Source of the DNA: Candidatus Moraniibacteriota bacterium | Lineage (GTDB): Bacteria > Patescibacteriota > Minisyncoccia > Moranbacterales > UBA2206 | Assembly: GCA_026396205.1 (NCBI GenBank) | Contig: JAPLXF010000058.1 | Span: 1 to 39,207 of the forward strand | Direction of reading: 5' to 3' | DNA: 39,207 nucleotides | In this document: in pieces, positions 26,570-35,291 of the stretch | Position numbering within the stretch: position 1 is the first letter of the stretch | Layout: every line of letters starts with the position of its first letter | Translations under genes and position numbers: made by a program | The notes under the pieces: model-generated | Seen by the model: the letters and a program-made list of their open reading frames with translations, nothing else | What the model was told of the DNA's origin: nothing | The model's database searches: none

Positions 26570-28198
26570 ATGAGGAAAAAATTGGAAAAAATTCAACTGG
26601 CTTTGTTTAAAGAAACCGGGAAAAGAATCGGGCCGCTGGCGTGGTTGTCGGTTTTTTTCGGAGTGATTGTAATCCGGCTTTTTTTGGATGATTTCGTAGC
26701 TAAATCAAATAATCCCAGCCTGGGCCCGGTAATGTATATCCATAACTTGTTTTTCTTTTTTTTGCTTTTTCTTTTGGTTTGGCTCTTTCTAGCCTATATT
26801 TTACAGGAAAAACCGGCCAAATTAAGCTATTTAATGCTTTGGGCAACACTGCTGATAATTCTGCCGCCGATTTTCGATATGCTGAAAACCGGCGGCAGCA
26901 CATATTGGAGCGGCTATTTGATTGGCAATACGGCAGACTTATGGCGCTGGTTTATTGGTGTTTTCAGCCATTTGCCGTCCGGAATGCTTTATTTCGGCAC
27001 TAAAATCGTTTTTATTCTGGTAGCTTTGCTTTCCGGAGCCTGGGTTTATTTAAAGTCAAGGAGCTTTTTCAAGTCAGTATTTACAGTTTTCGGTATTTAT
27101 GTTCTAGTGTTTTTTATGGGGGCTTTTCCTTCATTTTTTACCTTTATTTACTACTTTTTTGCCGGATCGAAGAATCTGAATAATATATCCACGGCGAACA
27201 TTATTCAGCTGGTGGGAGCGCCGGTAACTGTTTTTGCCTTAAAACCGGTCGATTTTTCACTGGCCTTGGCTTATAATCTCAATTTAGTCTATTTTTTGCT
27301 TATTTTAGCCATAAGTTCTCTCTTTTTTGCTTGGAATTACCGGTCGGGTTTTTGGGCGATACTGAAAAACTGGCGCTATCCACAGCTTGTCTACCATGAC
27401 GGACTGTTTTTCTGTGGAATGGGCTTGGGACTACTGGCCTATCCGGAAAACCTTCATTTAAGCCTTTTTTCGGTTATAGCTGTCTTGGTTTTGCTATTTA
27501 GCATTGGGCTGGCTTGGGAAACATCGGTAATTGTCAATGATATTTATGATTATGAGATCGACGCCATTTCCAATCCGGAAAGACCGCTACAAAAAGGCAT
27601 TTTTAAGATTGCGGAGTATCGAGAAATAGGCATCATTTTTTTTATATCTTCACTTTTGGGAGGAATGATAGTTGGATTTAAATTCGCGGCGCTTTTGCTG
27701 GTTTATCAGATAATCGCTTGGTTTTATTCGGCGCCGCCTCTGCGGCTCAAAAGGTTTCCGGTAATTGCCACTTTGGCCAGTGCTTCAGCGTCGCTCATTG
27801 TTCTTTTTATGGGTTTTGCTCTTCTTTCCGGCGACGCTAATTTAGCCGGACTTTCCTGGCGGATAATTTTTCTTTTGCTTTTGGTTTTAACTCTGGCGCT
27901 GCCGGTTAAGGATTTTAAGGATATTGCCGGCGACCGGCGCTATGGAGTCTGGACGATTCCGGTGCTTTTGGGCGAAACTCAGGCGCGGCTGGTAGTTGGG
28001 ACAGGAGTTTTTATTTCTTTTATGGCCAGCGTCTTTTTTCTGAATGAACTCCGGCTTTTTATTTGGGCGCTGATTTTCGGTTGTCTGGCTTTTTTTATTC
28101 TGGTAAATGAAAAAATAAAACCCGCCAACTTATTCTGGCGGATTCTGGGTGTAACTTTTTTGTATGGGTTGGCTTTGGTTAAAGTTGTGTTTCTGTAA
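26570..28198 (+). CDS. UbiA-family prenyltransferase with an extra N-terminal membrane domain
   Basis: NDIYDYEIDAISNPERPL, YSAPPLRLKR and KDFKDIAGDRRYGVWTIPV motifs; start moved to MRKKLEK. Confidence 0.88.
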   Translation: MRKKLEKIQLALFKETGKRIGPLAWLSVFFGVIVIRLFLDDFVAKSNNPSLGPVMYIHNLFFFFLLFLLVWLFLAYILQEKPAKLSYLMLWATLLIILPPIFDMLKTGGSTYWSGYLIGNTADLWRWFIGVFSHLPSGMLYFGTKIVFILVALLSGAWVYLKSRSFFKSVFTVFGIYVLVFFMGAFPSFFTFIYYFFAGSKNLNNISTANIIQLVGAPVTVFALKPVDFSLALAYNLNLVYFLLILAISSLFFAWNYRSGFWAILKNWRYPQLVYHDGLFFCGMGLGLLAYPENLHLSLFSVIAVLVLLFSIGLAWETSVIVNDIYDYEIDAISNPERPLQKGIFKIAEYREIGIIFFISSLLGGMIVGFKFAALLLVYQIIAWFYSAPPLRLKRFPVIATLASASASLIVLFMGFALLSGDANLAGLSWRIIFLLLLVLTLALPVKDFKDIAGDRRYGVWTIPVLLGETQARLVVGTGVFISFMASVFFLNELRLFIWALIFGCLAFFILVNEKIKPANLFWRILGVTFLYGLALVKVVFL

Positions 28199-28200
28199 AT

Positions 28201-28243
28201 TTTATCGGAGCTCAACTCCGATTCGGAGTTGAGCTCCGATAAA
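28201..28243. repeat. Perfect 21-bp inverted repeat between convergent genes (possible bidirectional terminator)
   Basis: TTTATCGGAGCTCAACTCCGA-T-TCGGAGTTGAGCTCCGATAAA. Confidence 0.85.
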
Positions 28244-28246
28244 TCT

Positions 28247-29110
28247 CTAAAAGAGCTTTACTAATTTTTTCCAATCTTCAATACTTAATTCTTGTGCGCG
28301 GGCGGTTGGTAAAAGACCGGCAGTTTTTAATTTTTCTTCCACTGTTTTTTTATCCAAATGGAAACTGTTAGCTAGATTATTAAGTAAGGTTTTTCTTTTG
28401 GCTGAAAATCCGGCCTTCACGACGCGGAAAAATTTCTTACTTTGTTCTTTGCTATGTGTTCCATGTTCCGTGCTATGTGTGATGCGAATGACCGCACTGT
28501 CAATTTTTGGCACCGGAGAAAAACAATCTTTGCTTACCGGAAAAAGAATTTTCGACGTGGCGTAATACTTTACGGAAACCGCCAAAAGGCTCATTTTTTT
28601 GGGGGTTGCAACGATTCTTTCCGCCACTTCTTTTTGAACCATCAAAATCATTTCCTGTGGCGGATTTTCGCTTTCCAAAAATAATCGAATAATCGGAGCG
28701 GTGATGTAGTATGGAATGTTGGCGATGACTTTGTAACCCTCACCCCCCAGCCCCCTCTCCCAGCGGGAGAGGGTAGGGTGAGGGGAAACGACATTCGATG
28801 TCTTTTGGTCGCTTTGGTCGAGAGACATCGAATGTCTAAATAATTCCGATAAATTTACTTTCAAGATGTCGGCATTTACAATTTTCAGATTTTTAACGCC
28901 GGAAAATTTTTTCTCCAAAAGCTCCACTAAATTTTTATCCAGCTCGACGGCCATCACTCGGCCGGCTTTTTTAACCAGTTCTTCCGTCAAAATTCCCTTC
29001 CCCGGACCGATTTCCAAAACAAAATCCGACGGCTGCAGATTTGCAGCGGTTATAATTTTTTTAACAACATCCTTGTCGGTTAAAAAGTTTTGTCCTAATC
29101 TTGTCGGCAT
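28247..29110 (-). CDS. rsmA: 16S rRNA m6,2A dimethyltransferase KsgA/RsmA with in-frame repeat inserts
   Basis: LGQNFL, VLEIGPGKG, ANIPYYIT, MVQKEVAERI, PVPKIDSAV and RKTLLN motifs. Confidence 0.96.
   Translation of the reverse strand: MPTRLGQNFLTDKDVVKKIITAANLQPSDFVLEIGPGKGILTEELVKKAGRVMAVELDKNLVELLEKKFSGVKNLKIVNADILKVNLSELFRHSMSLDQSDQKTSNVVSPHPTLSRWERGLGGEGYKVIANIPYYITAPIIRLFLESENPPQEMILMVQKEVAERIVATPKKMSLLAVSVKYYATSKILFPVSKDCFSPVPKIDSAVIRITHSTEHGTHSKEQSKKFFRVVKAGFSAKRKTLLNNLANSFHLDKKTVEEKLKTAGLLPTARAQELSIEDWKKLVKLF
28737..28836. repeat. Two tandem palindromes inserted in ksgA
   Basis: CCCTCACCC...CCCTCTCCC-AGC-GGGAGAGGG..GGGTGAGGG (28737-28784) and GACATTCGATGTCT...AGACATCGAATGTC (28790-28836). 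Confidence 0.85.
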
Positions 29111-29114
29111 ATTA

Positions 29115-29217
29115 TTAGCTTGTTAGTCTTTAGCTTTTTAGCTTATTAGTTTATTTTTTGTAGCTTTCTAGCTTCTTATTTTTCTAAAAAGCTAAGAAGC
29201 TAATTCCTAAAAAGCTA
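29115..29217. repeat. Inverted 7-8-mer arrays (TTAGCTTN / AAAGCTAA)
   Basis: Fills the intergenic space between ksgA and the G5 gene. Confidence 0.75.
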
Positions 29218-30159
29218 GTTAAGTATCGCCTCCACTTTAACCCCAATCACTCCGGCGCCGATGGATGCGATTTTGGCGAAAGCGACTTTATCCAGATCAA
29301 TAATCCGGCCTTTGCCCTGCGGGCCATAATCATTAATTTGCACCACCACCGATTTGCCGTTGGCAACATTGGTAACTTTAGCATAAGAATCTCTGGGTAA
29401 AGTTGTGCTGGCGGCAAAAAGCCCATCCTTAAAAACATACCATGTTCCCTGCCCTTTGTCAGCTTTGCCCAATTTCATATAAGTTCCCTGGATATTGATT
29501 TCATTCACCGGTTCTTTGGTGATATTTTTTGACAGCGCCACGCGGGAAATTTCCTTGCCGTTTTTATAAGTAATCCGATAATTTACTTCGCGGATTCCTT
29601 TTTCTCCCGTCTGTTCCACCTTTTTTTCGCGCCAACCAAGCTTGGAATCATTTTTGGAAATTATTTTGAAATCAATATCTTCCGGAATTATTTTTTCTTC
29701 CACATTGATGCGGGTAATGGCAATTTTTAAATTATCGGTCGGCAAGGCGTTAAAATCAGGAAAAGCTTTGTCCAGCCTGCCCAGCGTTATATTATTTTCC
29801 AAAATAGCCTCACGGATATTATAAGATAAGGCGTAGCCGTCAATAATTTTTCCATCGACTTCAATTTTTATTTTCCGGGCTTTTTTGATGGCGATATTGG
29901 TTCCGTAAAAAAGAGGAGAATTTTTTTCCAGAGAAATATAATCATGTTCGTTTAAATTTATCTTATTTTCTTTTAAAAAATCTTCAACAGTGGCAGCCGA
30001 AGTTAAAAGATCAAATTTCAGCCCGTCGTTATTGATGTTTATTAATTTTGATGAATTCGGAGAAAGATTAAGATTAATATGGTTAGAATTAGAGAAAAAT
30101 TTATAAACAAAAAAAGCAATAATCAAAATTAAAAAATATAATGCATATCTAAAATTCAT
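29215..30159 (-). CDS. YabE/RpfB-like protein: TM + DUF348 ubiquitin-like + G5 + RlpA-like DPBB domain
   Basis: TVEDFLKENKINL, QTGEKGIREVNYRITYKNGKE...GT and VVVQINDYGP...RIIDLDKVAF; sits upstream of ksgA as yabE/rpfB do. Confidence 0.85.
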   Translation of the reverse strand: MNFRYALYFLILIIAFFVYKFFSNSNHINLNLSPNSSKLININNDGLKFDLLTSAATVEDFLKENKINLNEHDYISLEKNSPLFYGTNIAIKKARKIKIEVDGKIIDGYALSYNIREAILENNITLGRLDKAFPDFNALPTDNLKIAITRINVEEKIIPEDIDFKIISKNDSKLGWREKKVEQTGEKGIREVNYRITYKNGKEISRVALSKNITKEPVNEINIQGTYMKLGKADKGQGTWYVFKDGLFAASTTLPRDSYAKVTNVANGKSVVVQINDYGPQGKGRIIDLDKVAFAKIASIGAGVIGVKVEAILN

Positions 30160-30244
30160 AAAAATAAACTAAACTCCGAATCATTTAATCATTAGAAAAT
30201 TAGAAATTGATTAAAAATTAAAAATTGGAAATTAGAAATTTTTT

Positions 30245-31771
30245 TCATTCCGTCTTAAACCGATATTGGATCGCTTCGGCTATATGGGCGGGTGAAATAG
30301 TTTCGGTTTCCGAAAGGTCGGCGATGGTGCGCGCCACTTTGATAATCCGAAAATAACCGCGGGCGCTCAAATGAAGATTGGAAACGGCATTGCGCAAAAG
30401 CTCCACACAGGAATTGTCCAATTGGCAGAAATTTTTAATTTGTTCATTGCCCATTTCGCTGTTGGTGATTATTTTTAAAGCCGAAAAGCGCTGATGCTGG
30501 ATTTTTCTGGCCTTTTCAACCCGATTTCTGATAGTCTCGGAAGATTCAGATTGGTTTTCCTGCGCCAGCTTCTCGAATTTTACCCGCGGAACTTCGACAT
30601 GCAAATCAATTCGGTCAAGAATCGGCCCGGAAATTTTTTGCTGGTAGCGAATGATTTGGGCCGGACTGCAGGAACAGGCTCGTTCCGGGTCGGTGGCGTT
30701 GCCGCAAGGACAAGGATTCATAGCGGCTACCAAGGTAAAGCGAGCCGGAAATTCCACGGTGCCTTGGGCACGGGAAACGGTAATTGATCCGTCTTCCAGC
30801 GGTTGCCGCAAGTTTTCCAAAACAGTGCGGGTAAATTCCGGGAATTCATCCAAAAAAAGAACGCCTCGGTGGGAAAGGCTGACTTCTCCGGGCTTGGGAA
30901 TAGTGCCTCCGCCAACCAGCGAAACGGCGCTGGAACTGTGATGGGGTGTGCGGAAAGGGCGTTTGGTAATCAGCGCGGTGCCCTTGGGCAGTTTTCCGGA
31001 AACGGAAAAGATTTTAGTCACTTCCAGCGCTTCATTGATATTAAGCTTCGGCAAAATGGAAGTCATAGTCCGCGCCAGCAGAGTTTTTCCCGAGCCGGGC
31101 GGACCGCTCATAATGACATTGTGGCCTCCGGCGGCGGCAATTTCCAATGCCCGTTTGGCGTGCTCCTGCCCTTTGATGGAAACCATATCAGTTAATATTT
31201 CTTCCCCGGTGAAAAGCTCATTTAAGTCTATTTTTTCCACCGGGGTTATTTTAGCCGAACCGATTAGGTGGGCGATAAGTTCCGGCAGAGTCCGAACCGG
31301 AAAAACATTAATTTCTTCCACTACCGATGCTTCCCGAGCATTTTCCATGGGTACGAAAATATCCGAAATGCCTTTTTCTTTAGCTAAAATGGCCATCGGC
31401 AAAACTCCGCGCACCGGACGCACTGAACCGTCCAAAGACAATTCTCCGATAAAAAGCTTATTTTTATAATCAAAATGGATTTGCTTGGTAGTCAAAAGAA
31501 ACCCCAGCGCCATAGGCAAATCATAAACCGGCCCCTCTTTTTTGATGTCGGCCGGAGCCAAATTGATGGTTACCCGGCCGCATTGGTGGGGCGGGCGGAA
31601 CCGGCTATTGCGAATGGCGGCACTGACCCGATCTTTGGATTCTTTCACGGCGGCGTCAGGCAATCCGACAATGTTAAATTGGTGGAGCCCGGCTGGGATA
31701 GTATCCACTTCCACTTCAATTATTTCGCTGGCCAGTCCAATGGTGGCGGCCGAAAGGACTTTGGAAGACAT
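30245..31771 (-). CDS. comM: YifB/ComM Mg-chelatase-like AAA+ helicase
   Basis: IVGLPDAAVKESKDRV, INLAPAD, GPPGSGKT, LFLDEFPEF, AMNPCPCG and LSARGY motifs. Confidence 0.95.
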   Translation of the reverse strand: MSSKVLSAATIGLASEIIEVEVDTIPAGLHQFNIVGLPDAAVKESKDRVSAAIRNSRFRPPHQCGRVTINLAPADIKKEGPVYDLPMALGFLLTTKQIHFDYKNKLFIGELSLDGSVRPVRGVLPMAILAKEKGISDIFVPMENAREASVVEEINVFPVRTLPELIAHLIGSAKITPVEKIDLNELFTGEEILTDMVSIKGQEHAKRALEIAAAGGHNVIMSGPPGSGKTLLARTMTSILPKLNINEALEVTKIFSVSGKLPKGTALITKRPFRTPHHSSSAVSLVGGGTIPKPGEVSLSHRGVLFLDEFPEFTRTVLENLRQPLEDGSITVSRAQGTVEFPARFTLVAAMNPCPCGNATDPERACSCSPAQIIRYQQKISGPILDRIDLHVEVPRVKFEKLAQENQSESSETIRNRVEKARKIQHQRFSALKIITNSEMGNEQIKNFCQLDNSCVELLRNAVSNLHLSARGYFRIIKVARTIADLSETETISPAHIAEAIQYRFKTE

Positions 31772-31799
31772 AAAAAATAAATTTCTAATTACCAATTTC

Positions 31800-31819
31800 C
31801 CTGCCTGCCGGCAGGCAGG
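31800..31819. repeat. CCTGCCTGCCGGCAGGCAGG palindrome (other copies at 32045-32065 and 33219-33238)
   Basis: Perfect 20-bp palindrome with two variant copies nearby. Confidence 0.9.
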
Positions 31820-31842
31820 TAATTTCCAATTAAATTTTAATG

Positions 31843-32313
31843 TTAAAATTTTTCTTTAGATTTGAGATTCTGGATTATTAATAAAAATATTCCTATAACA
31901 ATAAAAGAATCAGCTAAATTGAAAACCGGCCAGAATTTCAGGTCGATGAAATCAGTGATGCATCCGTAGTATAGCCTATCGATCAGGTTTGATATAGCAC
32001 CGGACAAAATTAAAATAAGGGAGTAATTAGTAATTAGTAATTTGCCTGCCTGTCCGGTAGGCAGGTAATTAGAAGTTTTTATTCCCCAATTACCAATTAC
32101 AAATTTCAAATTACTTGCTATGAGCAAGATAAAAATAATTATACTTGACCATAATATCCAAAACAAGAAAGGCGGAATATTGATTCCAAACGCAATATTT
32201 TTATTGCAAATATAAAATCCGCCAGAATGACGGATAATATATTTAGAAGCTTGGTCAGCAGCTATTAAAAGTAAAAAAAATAGTCCCAAAAATATTTTTT
32301 TATATTTAAACAT
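31843..32313 (-). CDS. lspA: Lipoprotein signal peptidase II with an in-frame repeat insert
   Basis: DQASK, N..IAFG, GAISNLIDR, TDFID and VFNLADSFI motifs. Confidence 0.9.
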   Translation of the reverse strand: MFKYKKIFLGLFFLLLIAADQASKYIIRHSGGFYICNKNIAFGINIPPFLFWILWSSIIIFILLIASNLKFVIGNWGIKTSNYLPTGQAGKLLITNYSLILILSGAISNLIDRLYYGCITDFIDLKFWPVFNLADSFIVIGIFLLIIQNLKSKEKF

Positions 32314-32346
32314 TCGTATATTCGTAAATGATTGGTATTTCGTAGC

Positions 32347-32697
32347 CTACTGACATTTGATGCAAGTTTTGGCTGAAGGATTTATTTTTAATCTTTCAAG
32401 GTCTATTTCATGGTGGCAGTTTTCGCAAATACCATAAGTGCCTTTCTCAATTCTTTTCAAAGCGGCGATTATATCCTGCAGCTTTTTTTCCAGCGCGACT
32501 TCCACGGAAAGATTGTCGGAATATTGTTCCATCTCGGTGGCGTTATCTTCTTTGGCGCTGCCCAAATCTTCAAAAGTGGTTTGGTAGTCGCCCTTTTTAA
32601 TATCAATCGGCCGGGCTATCTTGGAAAGGCTTTTTTCCAAATTTTCCTTCTCTTTTAATAGCGCTTCCTTAAATGTTTCCAGCTGTTTTTTATCCAT
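32347..32697 (-). CDS. TraR/DksA family C4 zinc-finger regulator
   Basis: ALKRIEKGTYGICENC...IDLERL..NPSAKTCIKC. Confidence 0.92.
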   Translation of the reverse strand: MDKKQLETFKEALLKEKENLEKSLSKIARPIDIKKGDYQTTFEDLGSAKEDNATEMEQYSDNLSVEVALEKKLQDIIAALKRIEKGTYGICENCHHEIDLERLKINPSAKTCIKCQ

Positions 32698-32759
32698 ATT
32701 GGTGTTGCAGGTTAGTTGATTAACATTAAACTTATTGTATCAAAGAATTAATACAAAGT

Positions 32760-33143
32760 CTATAAAAAGATATTCCGAATGTGCTTTATTTTAGCCATTT
32801 TTTTGTTATTGTCAAGCCAAACGGAAATGGCATCAAAGCGATAGCTGGCGTCCAGCAGGCGGTTTTGGTAGAGATATTGGTTGGCAATTTTGGAAAGCTT
32901 GTGCAATTTGGCGCGAGTTATGTTTTCTTCCGGCAAAGTGTTTTGGTAAGTGGAAAAATTTCGGGTTTTCACTTCGACAAAAACAAACTCGTTTTTATCT
33001 TGGGCGATAATATCAATTTCTCCCAATCTTCTCCCGAAACGGTTTTTATAATTCATCTCGATAATTTTCAAACCGTTGCGCTTTAAAAAATCAGCGGCCA
33101 CTTCTTCGCCAAGTTGGCCAACGGTGCTTTTTAAATTCGGCAT
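32760..33143 (-). CDS. yraN: YraN (UPF0102) nuclease
   Basis: GQLGEEVA, GEIDIIA, VFVEVKTR and RFDAISV motifs. Confidence 0.93.
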   Translation of the reverse strand: MPNLKSTVGQLGEEVAADFLKRNGLKIIEMNYKNRFGRRLGEIDIIAQDKNEFVFVEVKTRNFSTYQNTLPEENITRAKLHKLSKIANQYLYQNRLLDASYRFDAISVWLDNNKKMAKIKHIRNIFL

Positions 33144-33629
33144 AATCTTTACTAATTACTAATCATTACTAATATACTAATTTATAATATTAGTAATTCG
33201 TATATTCGTAAAGATTCGCCTGCCTGCCGGCAGGTAGGTAATTCGTAGAGGAAACAAAAAACACCCTCAAGCGGTGTAAAATTTTTTTAGAAGTAGGCCG
33301 CACGAATAGCCAATTAAGAAAAAATATAGCCTAGTGCGGGCCCACTTCTTAGAACATATGTCAATATTTTATATATATTATTTTCGTCCGGGTGAGAGAC
33401 AAATTTAATAATTTTTATAAAATATGATTTTACGTATGTCCGTAACATTCTTCTGACTTGAATGTTTTTCTCCAACCATTCTCTGGTTTTAAACCTTTTA
33501 GTTAAAGAGCTAGCTTTTTATATTTTTTTTGTTTTTATAAAAAGATTTTGTTTTTGTTTTTAGGGTCCATATTAGTCAGAAATAATATGGCGATTATTAG
33601 ATGTTACTAATAATGCTTGAACAGCAGGA

Positions 33630-33672
33630 GAGTTTTCAATCGCAAATAGGGGGAAATTGCGATTGAAAACTC
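33630..33672. other. Perfect 16-bp stem, 11-nt loop hairpin in a long intergenic region
   Basis: GAGTTTTCAATCGCAA...TTGCGATTGAAAACTC. Confidence 0.8.
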
Positions 33673-33882
33673 CTACGCCGTTCCTGAATATTTTCTTTTC
33701 AATTTACTGATTCTATTATAGCAAAAAAATAGGCTAAAGTCAATCAAAAAAACGAAAATGGCTTTAATAAAGCTTATCTGGTTTTTTAAATTAGCAACCC
33801 TCTATTTCATAATTTCCCCTGATTTGAAAAGTGAGTTACTTTTTCAGCTTAAAATGGAACAAAATTGTTTTTTTAAAACAAG

Positions 33883-33891
33883 TTATCCACA
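33883..33891 (+). promoter_or_regulatory. Perfect DnaA box
   Basis: TTATCCACA, intergenic. Confidence 0.5.
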
Positions 33892-33893
33892 GT

Positions 33894-35105
33894 TTATTGG
33901 ATGCTGATGGCGCTTTCCGGCTGAACTCCCGTTCCGGTTGCGGCATTGCCTGTGGTTCCGACTCCCATATTGGAACTTTCGTTTGTAACGGCCGGTGTTG
34001 CCGCGGTATGGCTGGCGACATAATCATAAATCGATAGCAGTGTCTGCAGGGTGGTTCCCAGATACAGTTTTTTCTGGCTAATTCCGTAATCAATGGAAAG
34101 CTGGTATTTGTTGATGATATTGAAAAATCTGGTTGGCATTCCCCGGTAGGAATTATCAGCGAAAACTATCGGTTTTTCAGCCAGCGAATATTCCGAAGTG
34201 GGAAAGATCGGAGAAAAATCTTTAGGCAGATTGATTTCTTCGGCGGCCAGATCGATTTTAAGTTTAACTTCATCTTTGGCATCAACAGCTATGCCTACAG
34301 CCGGAGAAGTTCCGTCATTGAAAATAAAAAAGCTGAAACTGGCGGACAGATTGGAAAGAATATTTTCCGGCAAAGCAATGCCGAAAATGTTGGCAAAAGC
34401 CTGGAACTCAATCGGATTGTTGCTGGAATCCACGACAGAAAATTCTATAGGCGTGGCTATTTTGGATTCTATCACCTCGCTTATTTTTTTTCTTAAAGTT
34501 TCCTTGGCAGTTGATATTTCAACATCCAGAACCAGATAGTTGGGTTTATCGGTTTCAAATTTGGGCAGCGGTTTGACAACGGGCGGAGCAACCGGTGGCG
34601 GAGTTACTGTTTCTTGGGATTTGGTCATCCAGAAATAATAGCCTCCGCCGGCAATCATAACTATAATCAAAGCAATTCCGGCTATAATAAAGGACTTTCC
34701 TAGGCTTATTTTCTCAATTTTTTCTTCCGGTAGGCCCTTAAAAATCTGCCCGGACGGGCTTCCCGGCTGAAAAGGATTTATCACCTGCGGACCGGTCTTG
34801 GAGATATTTGGTTGAGGAGAAGCAGTTTGGGGTTCGCTGAATATTTTTTGCTGGGGAGTAAATTTGAAAAAGGGGTTGTTTTTAATATTTTCATTCCCTC
34901 CGCCATTAAAAACAGCTGCCGACGGCTTTACTTGAACCGGAGCCGGCTTAGCCTCTTCTTGAGGTTTTACTTTTCCGGAGATTTCGTCCAAATCCCTTTG
35001 CATAGTATGAATGGGGATATTTTCTATTTCCGATTGGATATTGGCTGTTGGCTTTTGATTGGCACTGGAAGAAACCCCACTTGTTTTATTTCCAAAATTA
35101 AACAT
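33894..35105 (-). CDS. Hypothetical single-pass membrane protein
   Basis: 403 aa; disordered N-terminus with IHTMQRDL, one TM, Pro linker and an extracytoplasmic domain. Confidence 0.8.
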   Translation of the reverse strand: MFNFGNKTSGVSSSANQKPTANIQSEIENIPIHTMQRDLDEISGKVKPQEEAKPAPVQVKPSAAVFNGGGNENIKNNPFFKFTPQQKIFSEPQTASPQPNISKTGPQVINPFQPGSPSGQIFKGLPEEKIEKISLGKSFIIAGIALIIVMIAGGGYYFWMTKSQETVTPPPVAPPVVKPLPKFETDKPNYLVLDVEISTAKETLRKKISEVIESKIATPIEFSVVDSSNNPIEFQAFANIFGIALPENILSNLSASFSFFIFNDGTSPAVGIAVDAKDEVKLKIDLAAEEINLPKDFSPIFPTSEYSLAEKPIVFADNSYRGMPTRFFNIINKYQLSIDYGISQKKLYLGTTLQTLLSIYDYVASHTAATPAVTNESSNMGVGTTGNAATGTGVQPESAISIQ

Positions 35106-35203
35106 TTTTTTTGGGCGCAGAATAAATCTGCAAAAATAAAAATAAATTAGAGACAGTGGTTAACTGTCTCTATTTTACAACAAAATGTTTTTATCGTCCA
35201 TGC

Positions 35204-35284
35204 CCCCACACCAATTTATGCTAATAACCAATTGAGGTTATTTTTGGCGTGGGGATATATTTTTTGAAATTGGTGTGGGGCAAG
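35204..35284. repeat. 14-bp inverted-repeat-bounded element downstream of pnp
   Basis: CCCCACACCAATTT (35204-35217) pairs with AAATTGGTGTGGGG (35267-35280); followed by CAAG. Confidence 0.8.
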
Positions 35285-35291
35285 CCCAAAA

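Noticed and set aside
33405..33570. Tiny minus-strand ORFs (11 and 24 aa) in the long intergenic region
   Set aside because: Too short, with no SD or recognisable motif.
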